Translations under genes and position numbers: made by a program
Shown here: positions 1 to 8,483 of the stretch, in pieces
Layout of the letters: every line of letters begins with the position of its first letter
How positions within the stretch are numbered: the stretch's first letter is position 1
The notes under the pieces: generated by a model
Told to the model about the DNA's origin: nothing
What the model saw: the letters and a program-made list of their open reading frames with translations, nothing else
The model's database searches: none
Sequence record: SRR22947725_1700
Strand: one strand, 5' to 3'
DNA: 38,054 nucleotides

Positions 1-1
1 A

Positions 2-2257
2 CTGAATCCACTTTGTGGTGAGCCCGTTCATTTTCATGCAGAGGTCAGGCCCATCTTGATGGAACATTGTGCTGAATGCCATGGAGGGGTGAAAAAGGCC
101 TCTGGCTTCAGTGTCTTGTCCAGAGAATCCATGCTTCAGGACAGCGATTCGGGAAGCCCTGGATTTATCACGGGAAATGCTGAAAAAAGTTCACTGATAC
201 AGCGCTTGCGAACCAGAGATCTCGATGAACGTATGCCACCCGAAGGTCATGATCCCCTGAGTGCCGCGCAAGTTGAGGTCCTTGTCAGGTGGATTGATGA
301 GGGAGCCTCCTGGCCGCAGCACTGGGCTTTGACTCCGATCAATAAGGTGGATGTCCCCAAGGGTGTTCATCCCGTTGATCACTTTGTGAGTCAAGGTCTC
401 GATTCGGAAGGGCTGGCTTTTTCACCCAGAGCAGAACCCTCGATTCTGGCAAGGCGCCTGTTTCTGGACTTGACGGGCTTGCTGCCGAGTTCAGATGTGG
501 TGAACGGGTTCGTTGCTGATCCCTCTGAGCGTAATTACGAGGGACTTGTAGATCAATTACTGGCATCCCCCCACTTTGGGGAACGATGGGGCAGGCACTG
601 GTTGGATGAGGCACGGTATGCAGATTCATTGGGTTACGAAAAAGACAGCGTCAAAAAGGACGCCTGGCGCTACCGCGACTGGGTGGTGGATGCATTGAAT
701 GCGGATATGTCTTTTGAGAATTTCAGTCGGTATCAACTGGCCGGTGACTTGATGCAGCAAACTGAACCGGGTGCTTTGATTGCAACCAAATTACATCTGC
801 AAACCCAGTTCAATCTTGAGGGGGGGATTGATGCGGAGGAGGATCGAGTCAAGCGTGTCGTTGATCGAGTGAACATGTTTAGCTCGACCTGGCTGGGTTT
901 GACGATGGCGTGCAGTCAATGCCATGACCATCCTTACGACCCCGTAAGCCAGCGGGAGTATTATTCACTTTACGCTTTTTTCAATAATATGGATATGGAT
1001 GCTTCCTTCCTGGGGGCTGGACCCGAGAATGAGGAAACCTTATTGAAGGAACGAGCAGGCATTGCTGAGAAGCTTGAGCAAATGCTCGTGCGCCAGATTT
1101 CGAATAAAAATTTAAACAACCAGACAGTAGGCCTGTTGGGTGGATTGTTTAATTTTGACAACGACAAGGGGCTGACAAGGCATATGCGCGAGCGTGCTGA
1201 AAAACGTCGTGAGACTTACGTTTTGACTCGAGGAGACTTTCTTCGTCCAGATATACAGCAGGGTCTAGTTGTGCCCGATACACCGGGACTTTTTCCTTCG
1301 ATGGGAGATCGCGGGCAATTGCAAGATCGTGCGGATCTGGTTGATTGGCTTTTCACGGACACCCACCCCATCACAGCACGAGTGGCTGTCAACAAAGTCT
1401 GGATGCGCTTATTTGGAACCCCCCTGGTCCATACAGTGCAGGATTTTGGTTCTCGGGGAGAGCAATCGACACATCCTTTGCTTCTTGATTGGATGGCGGG
1501 ATGGTGGCAGACCGATGCTGGCTGGAGTTTGAAGCGCTTGATTAAATGGATTGTCATGTCTGACACCTATCAACAATCATCCAACCATCGGCTGGAGTTG
1601 AAACGAGTAGATCCCAATAATCGATTGCTGGCCCGACAGAATCGTTTTCGGGTGGAAGCTGAAATTATTCGAGACATCAGTTTGCAGACGGCGGGTTTAT
1701 TGAACTTGGATATCGGTGGTCCTGCCGTTTTTCCACCGATACCTGATTCGGTGCTTAATCAAAGTTTCACTAAATACGGAGGGAATTCGAAAGGACGGGA
1801 TCGATATCGGCGAGGTATTTACACTTTCTTTCGCCGAACTGCCATAGACCCGAACATGATGATCTTTGATTGTCCGGATGCTTCAGCATCCAAAGCCATG
1901 CGAGATCGTTCCAATAATGCGTTGCAGGCCATGACTACCTTGAATAACGAGGTGTTTCTGGAGAGTGCTCAAAGCTGGTCTTTTGAATTGCTTCAGACCT
2001 TACCCAACGCAACGGATACCATCAGATTGAATCATGCCTTCAAACTTGCCTTGAGCCGTGAGCCTTCTCCTGATGAAAAAGCTCAGTTAATCCGAATGCT
2101 TGGGGATGCACGGGTTGCGTTTGAATTACACGAAGAACAGGCGCTTGAATACCTGGGCTCGTATGGATCAAAAGCAATCATTCCAGGTGAGCAGGCTGCC
2201 TGGATGACGGTGCTTCGATTAATATTGAATCTGGATGAATTTTTTACACGTGAATAA
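2..2257 (+). CDS. PSCyt1 (planctomycete cytochrome c) + DUF1549 (PSCyt2) + DUF1553 (PSD1) domain protein, 5'-truncated by the window edge
   Basis: The frame is open from base 2 (LNPLCGEPVHFHAEVRPILMEHCAECH). It has CAECH with a downstream MPP, then HFGERWGRHWLDEARYADS, a second CxxCH (CSQCHDH), TARVAVNKVW, and a C-terminal LNLDEFFTRE typical of DUF1553 proteins. Confidence 0.9.
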   Translation: MNPLCGEPVHFHAEVRPILMEHCAECHGGVKKASGFSVLSRESMLQDSDSGSPGFITGNAEKSSLIQRLRTRDLDERMPPEGHDPLSAAQVEVLVRWIDEGASWPQHWALTPINKVDVPKGVHPVDHFVSQGLDSEGLAFSPRAEPSILARRLFLDLTGLLPSSDVVNGFVADPSERNYEGLVDQLLASPHFGERWGRHWLDEARYADSLGYEKDSVKKDAWRYRDWVVDALNADMSFENFSRYQLAGDLMQQTEPGALIATKLHLQTQFNLEGGIDAEEDRVKRVVDRVNMFSSTWLGLTMACSQCHDHPYDPVSQREYYSLYAFFNNMDMDASFLGAGPENEETLLKERAGIAEKLEQMLVRQISNKNLNNQTVGLLGGLFNFDNDKGLTRHMRERAEKRRETYVLTRGDFLRPDIQQGLVVPDTPGLFPSMGDRGQLQDRADLVDWLFTDTHPITARVAVNKVWMRLFGTPLVHTVQDFGSRGEQSTHPLLLDWMAGWWQTDAGWSLKRLIKWIVMSDTYQQSSNHRLELKRVDPNNRLLARQNRFRVEAEIIRDISLQTAGLLNLDIGGPAVFPPIPDSVLNQSFTKYGGNSKGRDRYRRGIYTFFRRTAIDPNMMIFDCPDASASKAMRDRSNNALQAMTTLNNEVFLESAQSWSFELLQTLPNATDTIRLNHAFKLALSREPSPDEKAQLIRMLGDARVAFELHEEQALEYLGSYGSKAIIPGEQAAWMTVLRLILNLDEFFTRE

Positions 2258-2260
2258 ATC

Positions 2261-3772
2261 ATGAACCCCAAGGAATCAGAGCTAATCCTCAAAACGAAGG
2301 AAGGAGGTTATTCGATGCTCAGGCGTGACTTTTTATTGTCGAGCGCCAGTGGGCTTGGTGCCTTGGCTGTATCGAATCTGTTTGGAGCTTCCATGGAGTC
2401 GGGAAAGAGCATGGCAGCCGTCAATCCGCTCCTGCCCCAATCACCGCATTTTCCCGGGAAAGCCAAAAATTGTATTTTCATTTTTAATGCCGGAGCCCCT
2501 TCCCAATTGGATCTATTCGATTACAAACCGAAATTAACCGAGTATCATGGTCAGCCACTACCCGACTCATTAACCGAGGGAATACGCTTTGCCTTCTTGC
2601 AAAAAGACACCGCTCGATTGATGGGCTCTCATCGCAAGTTCAAGCAACATGGTCAGTGTGGCATGTGGTTTTCAGATGCCTTACCTCATATCGCCGATTG
2701 TGCGGACGATATATGCATGATTCAGTCCATGCAGACGGATCAATTCAATCATCATCCCGGTCAACTCCTGATGCAATGTGGTCAGGCACAATTCGGTCTG
2801 CCTTCCATGGGGTCCTGGATTTCTTATGGGCTGGGAACTCAAAACCAGAATCTACCCAGTTACGTCGTGCTCAGTTCCGGCCGCGGGCCGAGTGGAGGCG
2901 CAACCTTATGGCATAACGGTTTTCTTCCATCTGTCCACGCAGGAGTATTGCTCAGGAATCAAGGTGCACCCATTTTAAACCTTGAGATGCCTCCCGGTTT
3001 GCCGCCTGAATTGGAAAGAAAAGGATTGGATGTGCTGGGGGAACTCAACCGTCAACGATTTCAAAAAGTCCAGGATTCAGAGATTAGCAGCCGGATCGCC
3101 AATTACGAATTGGCTTTTCGCATGCAAATGGCAGCCCCTGAGTTGACCGATTTATCAGGGGAATCGAATGCAGTCTTGCAAAGTTATGGCATTGACCGTC
3201 AGGAGCCAGAGAAGAGATCGGGGCGCGTTGGGACCGGCAATCACTACGCCACTTTTGGTGCCAACTGTCTCCTGGCACGCCGCCTGGTCGAGCGCGGTGT
3301 GAGATTTGTCAATATCATGTTCGCCTCATGGGATCACCATTCCAATCTCGACGCTGAACTAGGATACAACGCAGGCTGTGTTGATCAGCCTATCGGGGCC
3401 TTGATCAAGGATTTGAAACAAAGGGGGTTGTTGGATGATACACTTGTCGTATGGGGTGGCGAATTTGGACGCACCCCACTCGGCGAAAACCGCATTGGAC
3501 GAGCGGGCGTGACTGGAAGAGATCACCATCCCAATGCCTTCAGCATGTTCATGGCTGGAGGTGGTGCAAAGCCCGGGAGTGTCTACGGCAAAACAGATGA
3601 ACTGGGATGGGCACCTGTGGTCGACCCGGTCCATATCAACGATTTTCAGGCAACTTTACTTCACATGTTCGGGATGGATCATCGTCAACTTACCTTTCGG
3701 CATCAAGGTATCGACAAAAGATTGACTTCCATCACGCGAGAGTCCTCAGTGATTAATCAGCTTCTGAGTTGA
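2261..3772 (+). CDS. DUF1501 domain-containing protein with a twin-arginine-like N-terminus
   Basis: Motifs RRDFL, GAPSQLDLFDYKP, CLLARRLVERGVRFV, WDHH, EFGRTP and GRDHHP. It starts 3 bp after the DUF1553 gene, the usual pairing in PVC genomes. Confidence 0.92.
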   Translation: MNPKESELILKTKEGGYSMLRRDFLLSSASGLGALAVSNLFGASMESGKSMAAVNPLLPQSPHFPGKAKNCIFIFNAGAPSQLDLFDYKPKLTEYHGQPLPDSLTEGIRFAFLQKDTARLMGSHRKFKQHGQCGMWFSDALPHIADCADDICMIQSMQTDQFNHHPGQLLMQCGQAQFGLPSMGSWISYGLGTQNQNLPSYVVLSSGRGPSGGATLWHNGFLPSVHAGVLLRNQGAPILNLEMPPGLPPELERKGLDVLGELNRQRFQKVQDSEISSRIANYELAFRMQMAAPELTDLSGESNAVLQSYGIDRQEPEKRSGRVGTGNHYATFGANCLLARRLVERGVRFVNIMFASWDHHSNLDAELGYNAGCVDQPIGALIKDLKQRGLLDDTLVVWGGEFGRTPLGENRIGRAGVTGRDHHPNAFSMFMAGGGAKPGSVYGKTDELGWAPVVDPVHINDFQATLLHMFGMDHRQLTFRHQGIDKRLTSITRESSVINQLLS

Positions 3773-3815
3773 ACCCTGTTTTTATTCATCTCCCGTGATG
3801 CGGCTTGAATGAAAC

Positions 3816-3842
3816 TTGAATCCAATTGGATTCCCATACACT
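3816..3842 (+). promoter_or_regulatory. Candidate operator/promoter: perfect 16-bp palindrome GAATCCAATTGGATTC (3818-3833), overlapping TTGAAT and upstream of TACACT
   Basis: The palindrome was checked base by base and lies about 40 bp upstream of the 3875 start. The hexamer spacing is 15 bp, shorter than optimal for sigma70. Confidence 0.4.
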
Positions 3843-3874
3843 GAAAACCTGAACCCATGAAATAGCATCGAACG

Positions 3875-5296
3875 ATGACTAAAACAGTAATCATCCATTA
3901 TTGGGTCCTTTGCATCATGGTTTTGAAATGCATGCAGCCCCTTGATGCCTGCGCTGCCACGCGATCATTGAGCGATGACGATACGCATTTTTTGAATGAC
4001 GTACAACAACGCACGTTCAAATGGTTCTGGGATTATTCGAACTCCCAGAACGGACTCACGCTGGATCGAGCGCCCAGAGAAAATGGCTTTGCAAGCATTG
4101 CGGGGATTGGTTTCGCTTTGACTGCGTATCCCGTTGCCGTTGAACGAGGTTTTTTGAATCGAAATCAAGCTGTGGAGAAGACGTTGGCTACGCTTGAATT
4201 CTTCGAGAAATCCAGGCAAACCGAAGACCCCATTCAAACGACAGGTCACCGGGGCTTTTATTATCACTTTCTTGATCCGCAGTCCGGGTTGCGATTTCGA
4301 AACGTCGAACTCTCTACGATCGATACGGCCCTCATGATGGCTGGGGTATTATTTTGTCGTGAGTATTACGACCTGGATAACAAACTCGAAAGGCGGATTC
4401 GTGAATTGTCCGACTTCCTCTATCGACGGGTGGAGTGGGGTTGGGCGCAAGTCCGTGGTGGTTTGATCTCTCACGGTTGGAAACCCGAAACCGGGATGTT
4501 GAAGCATGATTATAAAGGATACAACGAAGCCATGCTGCTTTATATTCTAGCGATGGGGAGTCCTACCCATCCGGCTCGTGATGATGCCTGGCGAACCTTT
4601 GTCCGTTCCTGCACATGGATTGATTTTTATGGTCAACTCCATGTAAATTTCACGCCACTTTTTGGTCATCAATATTCTCAAGTTTGGATTGATTGCCGAG
4701 AGATTCAGGACAAGTTCATCAAAGGGCATGGGATCGATTACTTTGAGAATTCGAGACGTGCTACCTATGCTCAGCGAAGCTACGCCATTGAGAATCCCAT
4801 GAGATGGAAAGATTACAGTTCGAATATATGGGGGCTGACGGCCTGTGACGGTCCTTCTAATGTTGATTTGGAGTACATGGGTGAAAAAAGGCACTTCTGG
4901 ACGTACACCGCCCGTGGGGTATCGGCTCTTGGAACGCGTGATGACGGAACGATAGCACCAACTGCAGTGGGTGGGAGCATTGCCTTCGCTCCAGAAATTG
5001 TGATTCCTGCTTTAAAAGCCATGGTAAATCGATACGGGGAGGATTTATACACTCAATACGGATTTGTGGATGCCTTTAACCCATCCTTCCAGTTCGAATC
5101 TGTAACATTAGGGCATGGTCATATAGCTGCCGGAAAAGGATGGTTCGATAATGAACATCTGGGGATTGACCAAGGACCGATCATACTGATGATAGAAAAC
5201 TATCGTTCGGAATTCGTTTGGAATACCATGAAGCGCAGCCCTTATATTCAGGCTGGATTGAAGAAAGCTGGATTTGCAGGCGGGTGGTTGGATTGA
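3875..5296 (+). CDS. Exported 'glucoamylase family' protein, GH144-like endo-beta-1,2-glucanase
   Basis: Signal-peptide-like N-terminus, then GFYYHFLD, ELSTIDTA, GYNEAM, PLFGHQYS, WGLTACDGP and GIDQGP motifs of the Glycoamylase/GH144 family. Confidence 0.8.
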   Translation: MTKTVIIHYWVLCIMVLKCMQPLDACAATRSLSDDDTHFLNDVQQRTFKWFWDYSNSQNGLTLDRAPRENGFASIAGIGFALTAYPVAVERGFLNRNQAVEKTLATLEFFEKSRQTEDPIQTTGHRGFYYHFLDPQSGLRFRNVELSTIDTALMMAGVLFCREYYDLDNKLERRIRELSDFLYRRVEWGWAQVRGGLISHGWKPETGMLKHDYKGYNEAMLLYILAMGSPTHPARDDAWRTFVRSCTWIDFYGQLHVNFTPLFGHQYSQVWIDCREIQDKFIKGHGIDYFENSRRATYAQRSYAIENPMRWKDYSSNIWGLTACDGPSNVDLEYMGEKRHFWTYTARGVSALGTRDDGTIAPTAVGGSIAFAPEIVIPALKAMVNRYGEDLYTQYGFVDAFNPSFQFESVTLGHGHIAAGKGWFDNEHLGIDQGPIILMIENYRSEFVWNTMKRSPYIQAGLKKAGFAGGWLD

Positions 5297-5400
5297 CTTA
5301 TTGATCCTGTCATTTGAACGAAACGATAAAGCCTCTTAGTCATAATCAAGTGAGTGTTAATATTGACCGCTTCGACTTGAGTAGCTATCTTTTCAACATC

Positions 5401-6468
5401 ATGCTGAATTCGCAATTCATGATAATGGCCAAAGCCGGATGGCTGCTTCTTTCTTTTGCTGCAGTTATCCAGACAGGAGATGTAGATTTAAATGCACAAG
5501 ATTCATCGGCCATAAGCAACGCTGCTGAACTTTATGTCCAAGCCTTTGCACAGTTGGAGAATATAAGTCCTGTCGAAAAAAAACTCCTTCAGCGTAGTCA
5601 TGTCAGTCAACCGAATGCTAAGGAAAATACAATCCAAGTCGATGAAAGGAAATTACTGGAGCGCTTGGAGCCAGTTATTGAACTCGTCCAGACTGCTTCA
5701 AGATTAGATCAGGCCGATTGGGGAAACGAGGTGGATGATACCCCGTGGATTCATTTAGCCAGCTCAGCCAAACAGCTTCAACGAGGATTGATGCTCCAGG
5801 CTAGATTGCATATTGAAGAAAAGGAATTTGAAGAAGCTTCCAATGTGATCGTATCAGCAGTGGCATTCTCTCGTCACATAGGGCAGGATGGAATACTGAT
5901 CGCCCGGTTGATCGAATCGAGTACGTTCAAGATTGTAGCCAATCTTTGTGCCTGGAAATCAACGGCATTTCCCAAACCTGTCTTGAAGGGGATGCAGGAA
6001 GATCTAAGAAATTTACCCGTCAGTATGACGGCTAAAGAGGTTCTTCTGGCGGAAAGTCAGTATTCGGCACGACTCAGTAAACAAAATGGCAATCCCTACC
6101 CCAAAAAACAGATGGATGACTTTCTCAAATTCTACGATCAAGTTGTTGCTTTTGGAGCCTTACCGCTTGATCAATTCGAGGGTCAATTGAAAAAGCTAGG
6201 GGATTCATTCCCTGACAATATCATGATCAAAGGTGTCCTGCCGGTAATTTCACCCATGAGGCATCAGATTGCGGTTCATGAAGTCAATACGGCTCTTTTG
6301 GGGCTGGGTTTGAAAGTGTTGCTCTCGGGTCCGGTAGTGGTCAAGGATGGCAAAGATCCATCCGGCAAGGGCCCCTTTGAATACGTTCCGTTGAAGGGCG
6401 AATCTTTCGAGCTATTCAGCCAACTGATGCAACGAGGTGAAAAGCTGATGCTTCGCTTTGGAAGTTAG
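5401..6468 (+). CDS. Hypothetical exported, largely helical protein (start uncertain: 5314, 5401 or 5419)
   Basis: A long ORF fills the gap. It has a hydrophobic signal-like segment (WLLLSFAAVI), NAAELY near the mature N-terminus and a DPSGKGPFEY C-terminal motif. No catalytic motif was recognised. Confidence 0.7.
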   Translation: MLNSQFMIMAKAGWLLLSFAAVIQTGDVDLNAQDSSAISNAAELYVQAFAQLENISPVEKKLLQRSHVSQPNAKENTIQVDERKLLERLEPVIELVQTASRLDQADWGNEVDDTPWIHLASSAKQLQRGLMLQARLHIEEKEFEEASNVIVSAVAFSRHIGQDGILIARLIESSTFKIVANLCAWKSTAFPKPVLKGMQEDLRNLPVSMTAKEVLLAESQYSARLSKQNGNPYPKKQMDDFLKFYDQVVAFGALPLDQFEGQLKKLGDSFPDNIMIKGVLPVISPMRHQIAVHEVNTALLGLGLKVLLSGPVVVKDGKDPSGKGPFEYVPLKGESFELFSQLMQRGEKLMLRFGS

Positions 6469-7133
6469 TCCTTATCCAGGAGTTTTGAATGAAGTTCATC
6501 ACTCCAGCCTTTGGTCAAGAATCTGAAAATCCATTTCTGTTTTTTGCGGATACGATTATAGGCTTCATGAATATCCAGGATCATGGTGATACGACGATTA
6601 GGACAGTTTAATTCGCCCACGTCATGTGTGGCGACGGGTTTGAACCCCATCACCCGGGTGTGAAATTCATAGGGACTGTGTTTCTCTCCTTCGAAGATGT
6701 CCGTGACATAATGCGAATACTCGCGTTCCACGGTTTCCTGGCTGGCGGCTCGCATGAGTGCGGCAACCACAACGATGTAGCGTCGATAATCAGGTAAGAC
6801 GGCAAACCTTCCAATCTCCGCAATCTTGTTTTCATTCACGAAAGCCTCGACATCCAGTCCACTGTCCAATTGCTTGAGACCATACTCTTTGTAGAGCTCA
6901 AGAGGAGGATTGTACATGACCCGTAATACGCCGACAGGTTCGTCTTTTACCTGGCTTACAAACCAGGAAATATCATCACGTTCGAGGTCCACCTCCGGGA
7001 AAAAATCATCGGCATCATAAATCCAATGTTTTTCCTGGTCATAGGTCTGTTTCAGGACCGATATGGCACGATCGCGGTCTTCTCCGGATTTGACCTTGAT
7101 CACATTGACTTTATTGGAGAGGGATAAGCTCAT
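6465..7133 (-). CDS. GNAT-fold N-acyltransferase, FeeM / acyl-HSL synthase-like
   Basis: PVGVLRV and AEIGRFAV(LPDYRR) resemble the E-x-x-R-F strand of LuxI/FeeM/OlsB-type acyltransferases. Its start overlaps the upstream acyltransferase stop by 4 bp (ATGA). Confidence 0.7.
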   Translation of the reverse strand: MSLSLSNKVNVIKVKSGEDRDRAISVLKQTYDQEKHWIYDADDFFPEVDLERDDISWFVSQVKDEPVGVLRVMYNPPLELYKEYGLKQLDSGLDVEAFVNENKIAEIGRFAVLPDYRRYIVVVAALMRAASQETVEREYSHYVTDIFEGEKHSPYEFHTRVMGFKPVATHDVGELNCPNRRITMILDIHEAYNRIRKKQKWIFRFLTKGWSDELHSKLLDKD

Positions 7134-7969
7134 TTTTTGCGCTGCTGACGATTCCAGGTCTTTCCCGAAAGCTTGGAGATAGCCGACATAATTTCAAAAT
7201 GAAAATCACGTACTTCCTTCAAAGCAGGTTTCTCCTGAGTGGGGCCGGGATGGATGGGTTCTCCGAATTCAATGGAGAACGGAATATATTCAGAAATGGG
7301 ACCTTGGTTTGAGTGCTTCGGAAAGCGGATGCCGGCAGGCACAACGGGTACGCCTGTTTTCAGCGACATCTGTGCCACGCCCGAATACCCCTTGAGAAGG
7401 ACTTCTGGTTGACGATTCGTGGTTCCTTCTGGAAACACCCCCAGAGATTGTCTGGATTCAAGGGCATCAAGTGCCTGATCAAAACTTCCTTGTCCTTTGA
7501 CAAACATCGGTTTGAACACGTTTAAAAACTTGGGTCTGGCTGGCTTACGAGCGACCGTAATCACTTCTCCGAAATGATAGAGCACCCAAATTCCGGGAAC
7601 CAGACAAAAATTCCAATCTGCCAGGAAGTGGACCAGTTTTCCTTTTCGAAGGAAATGCAGCAAGGCAGGAATGTAGATTGCTTCAAGCTTCTGGCTGTGG
7701 TTCAAGGCCAGAATGAAGGGGTCCATGTTGGGATTGATGTGCCTCAAACCTCGTACCTCGACGACTTTATTACCAAAAAGCAAAAGTGTTAATTTGGTGA
7801 GCCATTTGGTCGGTGCACGATGTGTCAATGGCATGGGTGCCTTGAGGATCTCCGACATCGTAAAAGAGGCGGTATCCATCGGTTCAGGCAAGGAAACAGC
7901 AGAGACTGCTTTTTCATGCAATGACCTTCTGGATTCAGATTCTTGTTCCTGTGTCGATTTTTCCGACAT
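7130..7969 (-). CDS. Lysophospholipid / PlsC-family acyltransferase
   Basis: ILALNHSQKLE (block I, HX4E variant), HFLADW, GVFPEGT and VPVVP motifs. Confidence 0.85.
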   Translation of the reverse strand: MSEKSTQEQESESRRSLHEKAVSAVSLPEPMDTASFTMSEILKAPMPLTHRAPTKWLTKLTLLLFGNKVVEVRGLRHINPNMDPFILALNHSQKLEAIYIPALLHFLRKGKLVHFLADWNFCLVPGIWVLYHFGEVITVARKPARPKFLNVFKPMFVKGQGSFDQALDALESRQSLGVFPEGTTNRQPEVLLKGYSGVAQMSLKTGVPVVPAGIRFPKHSNQGPISEYIPFSIEFGEPIHPGPTQEKPALKEVRDFHFEIMSAISKLSGKTWNRQQRKK

Positions 7970-8026
7970 GATGGCATGAAAATTACCCTTCTTGCTGAGC
8001 CTTCGTAAAGCCGAAAACGGAGGGCC

Positions 8027-8445
8027 TTATTTTTTCCATTCTGCTCTGAGTGGTATCTCTATCTGCGGACTTCGGTGTCAGGATGGTTGTTCCATTGATT
8101 TCATCAACTCGTCGGTAACCTCGATCTGCGACAGCCACCCTTGGTCTTTGGCCCATGATTGCTTCAGTTAGTCCCAACACTTCAGGGAGAGTCTGACCAT
8201 CGTAGATATTTATTGGAGGCGATACGGCGCTTACAATGACACCACTCTCAGCAGTGATACCTACGGATGCTTTGCTACACAATCAACCTGTGGCTCATGG
8301 AGAGAATGAATTTTGTTTTTGTCCTTACGTTTTTGAAGGAGTACTCGCTAGTAATTCATGAGATCCGCCATGTGAGCTTTGATCATGTCCTTTGGTGGTT
8401 TCCGATGCAATTCCCTCAATAATACCCGGTTATTGTGCGTGTTCG
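8027..8445 (-). pseudogene. Decayed IS5-family transposase fragment
   Basis: The minus-strand translation gives RTITG/VLLRELHRK...NY*RVLLQKRKDKNKIHSLHEPQVDCVAK/SKASVGITAESGVIV...YDGQTLPEVL...AVADRGYR. This matches the IS5 DDE core but has a frameshift (~8427), an in-frame TAG (8348-8350) and an internal deletion (~8273). Both ends are missing. Confidence 0.85.
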
Positions 8446-8483
8446 TGTGGCGTGTAACAAATGAAACGCATGCGGGTGCAAGC

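Noticed and set aside
6465-7133. Calling the GNAT gene luxI (quorum sensing)
   Set aside because: There is no adjacent luxR, the LuxI N-terminal conserved residues are not clearly present, and coupling to a lipid acyltransferase fits lipid synthesis better.
7983-8282. 99-aa ORF as an intact gene
   Set aside because: It is one frame segment of the broken IS5 transposase. It lacks the N-terminus, and its last residues do not resemble the transposase C-terminal motif.
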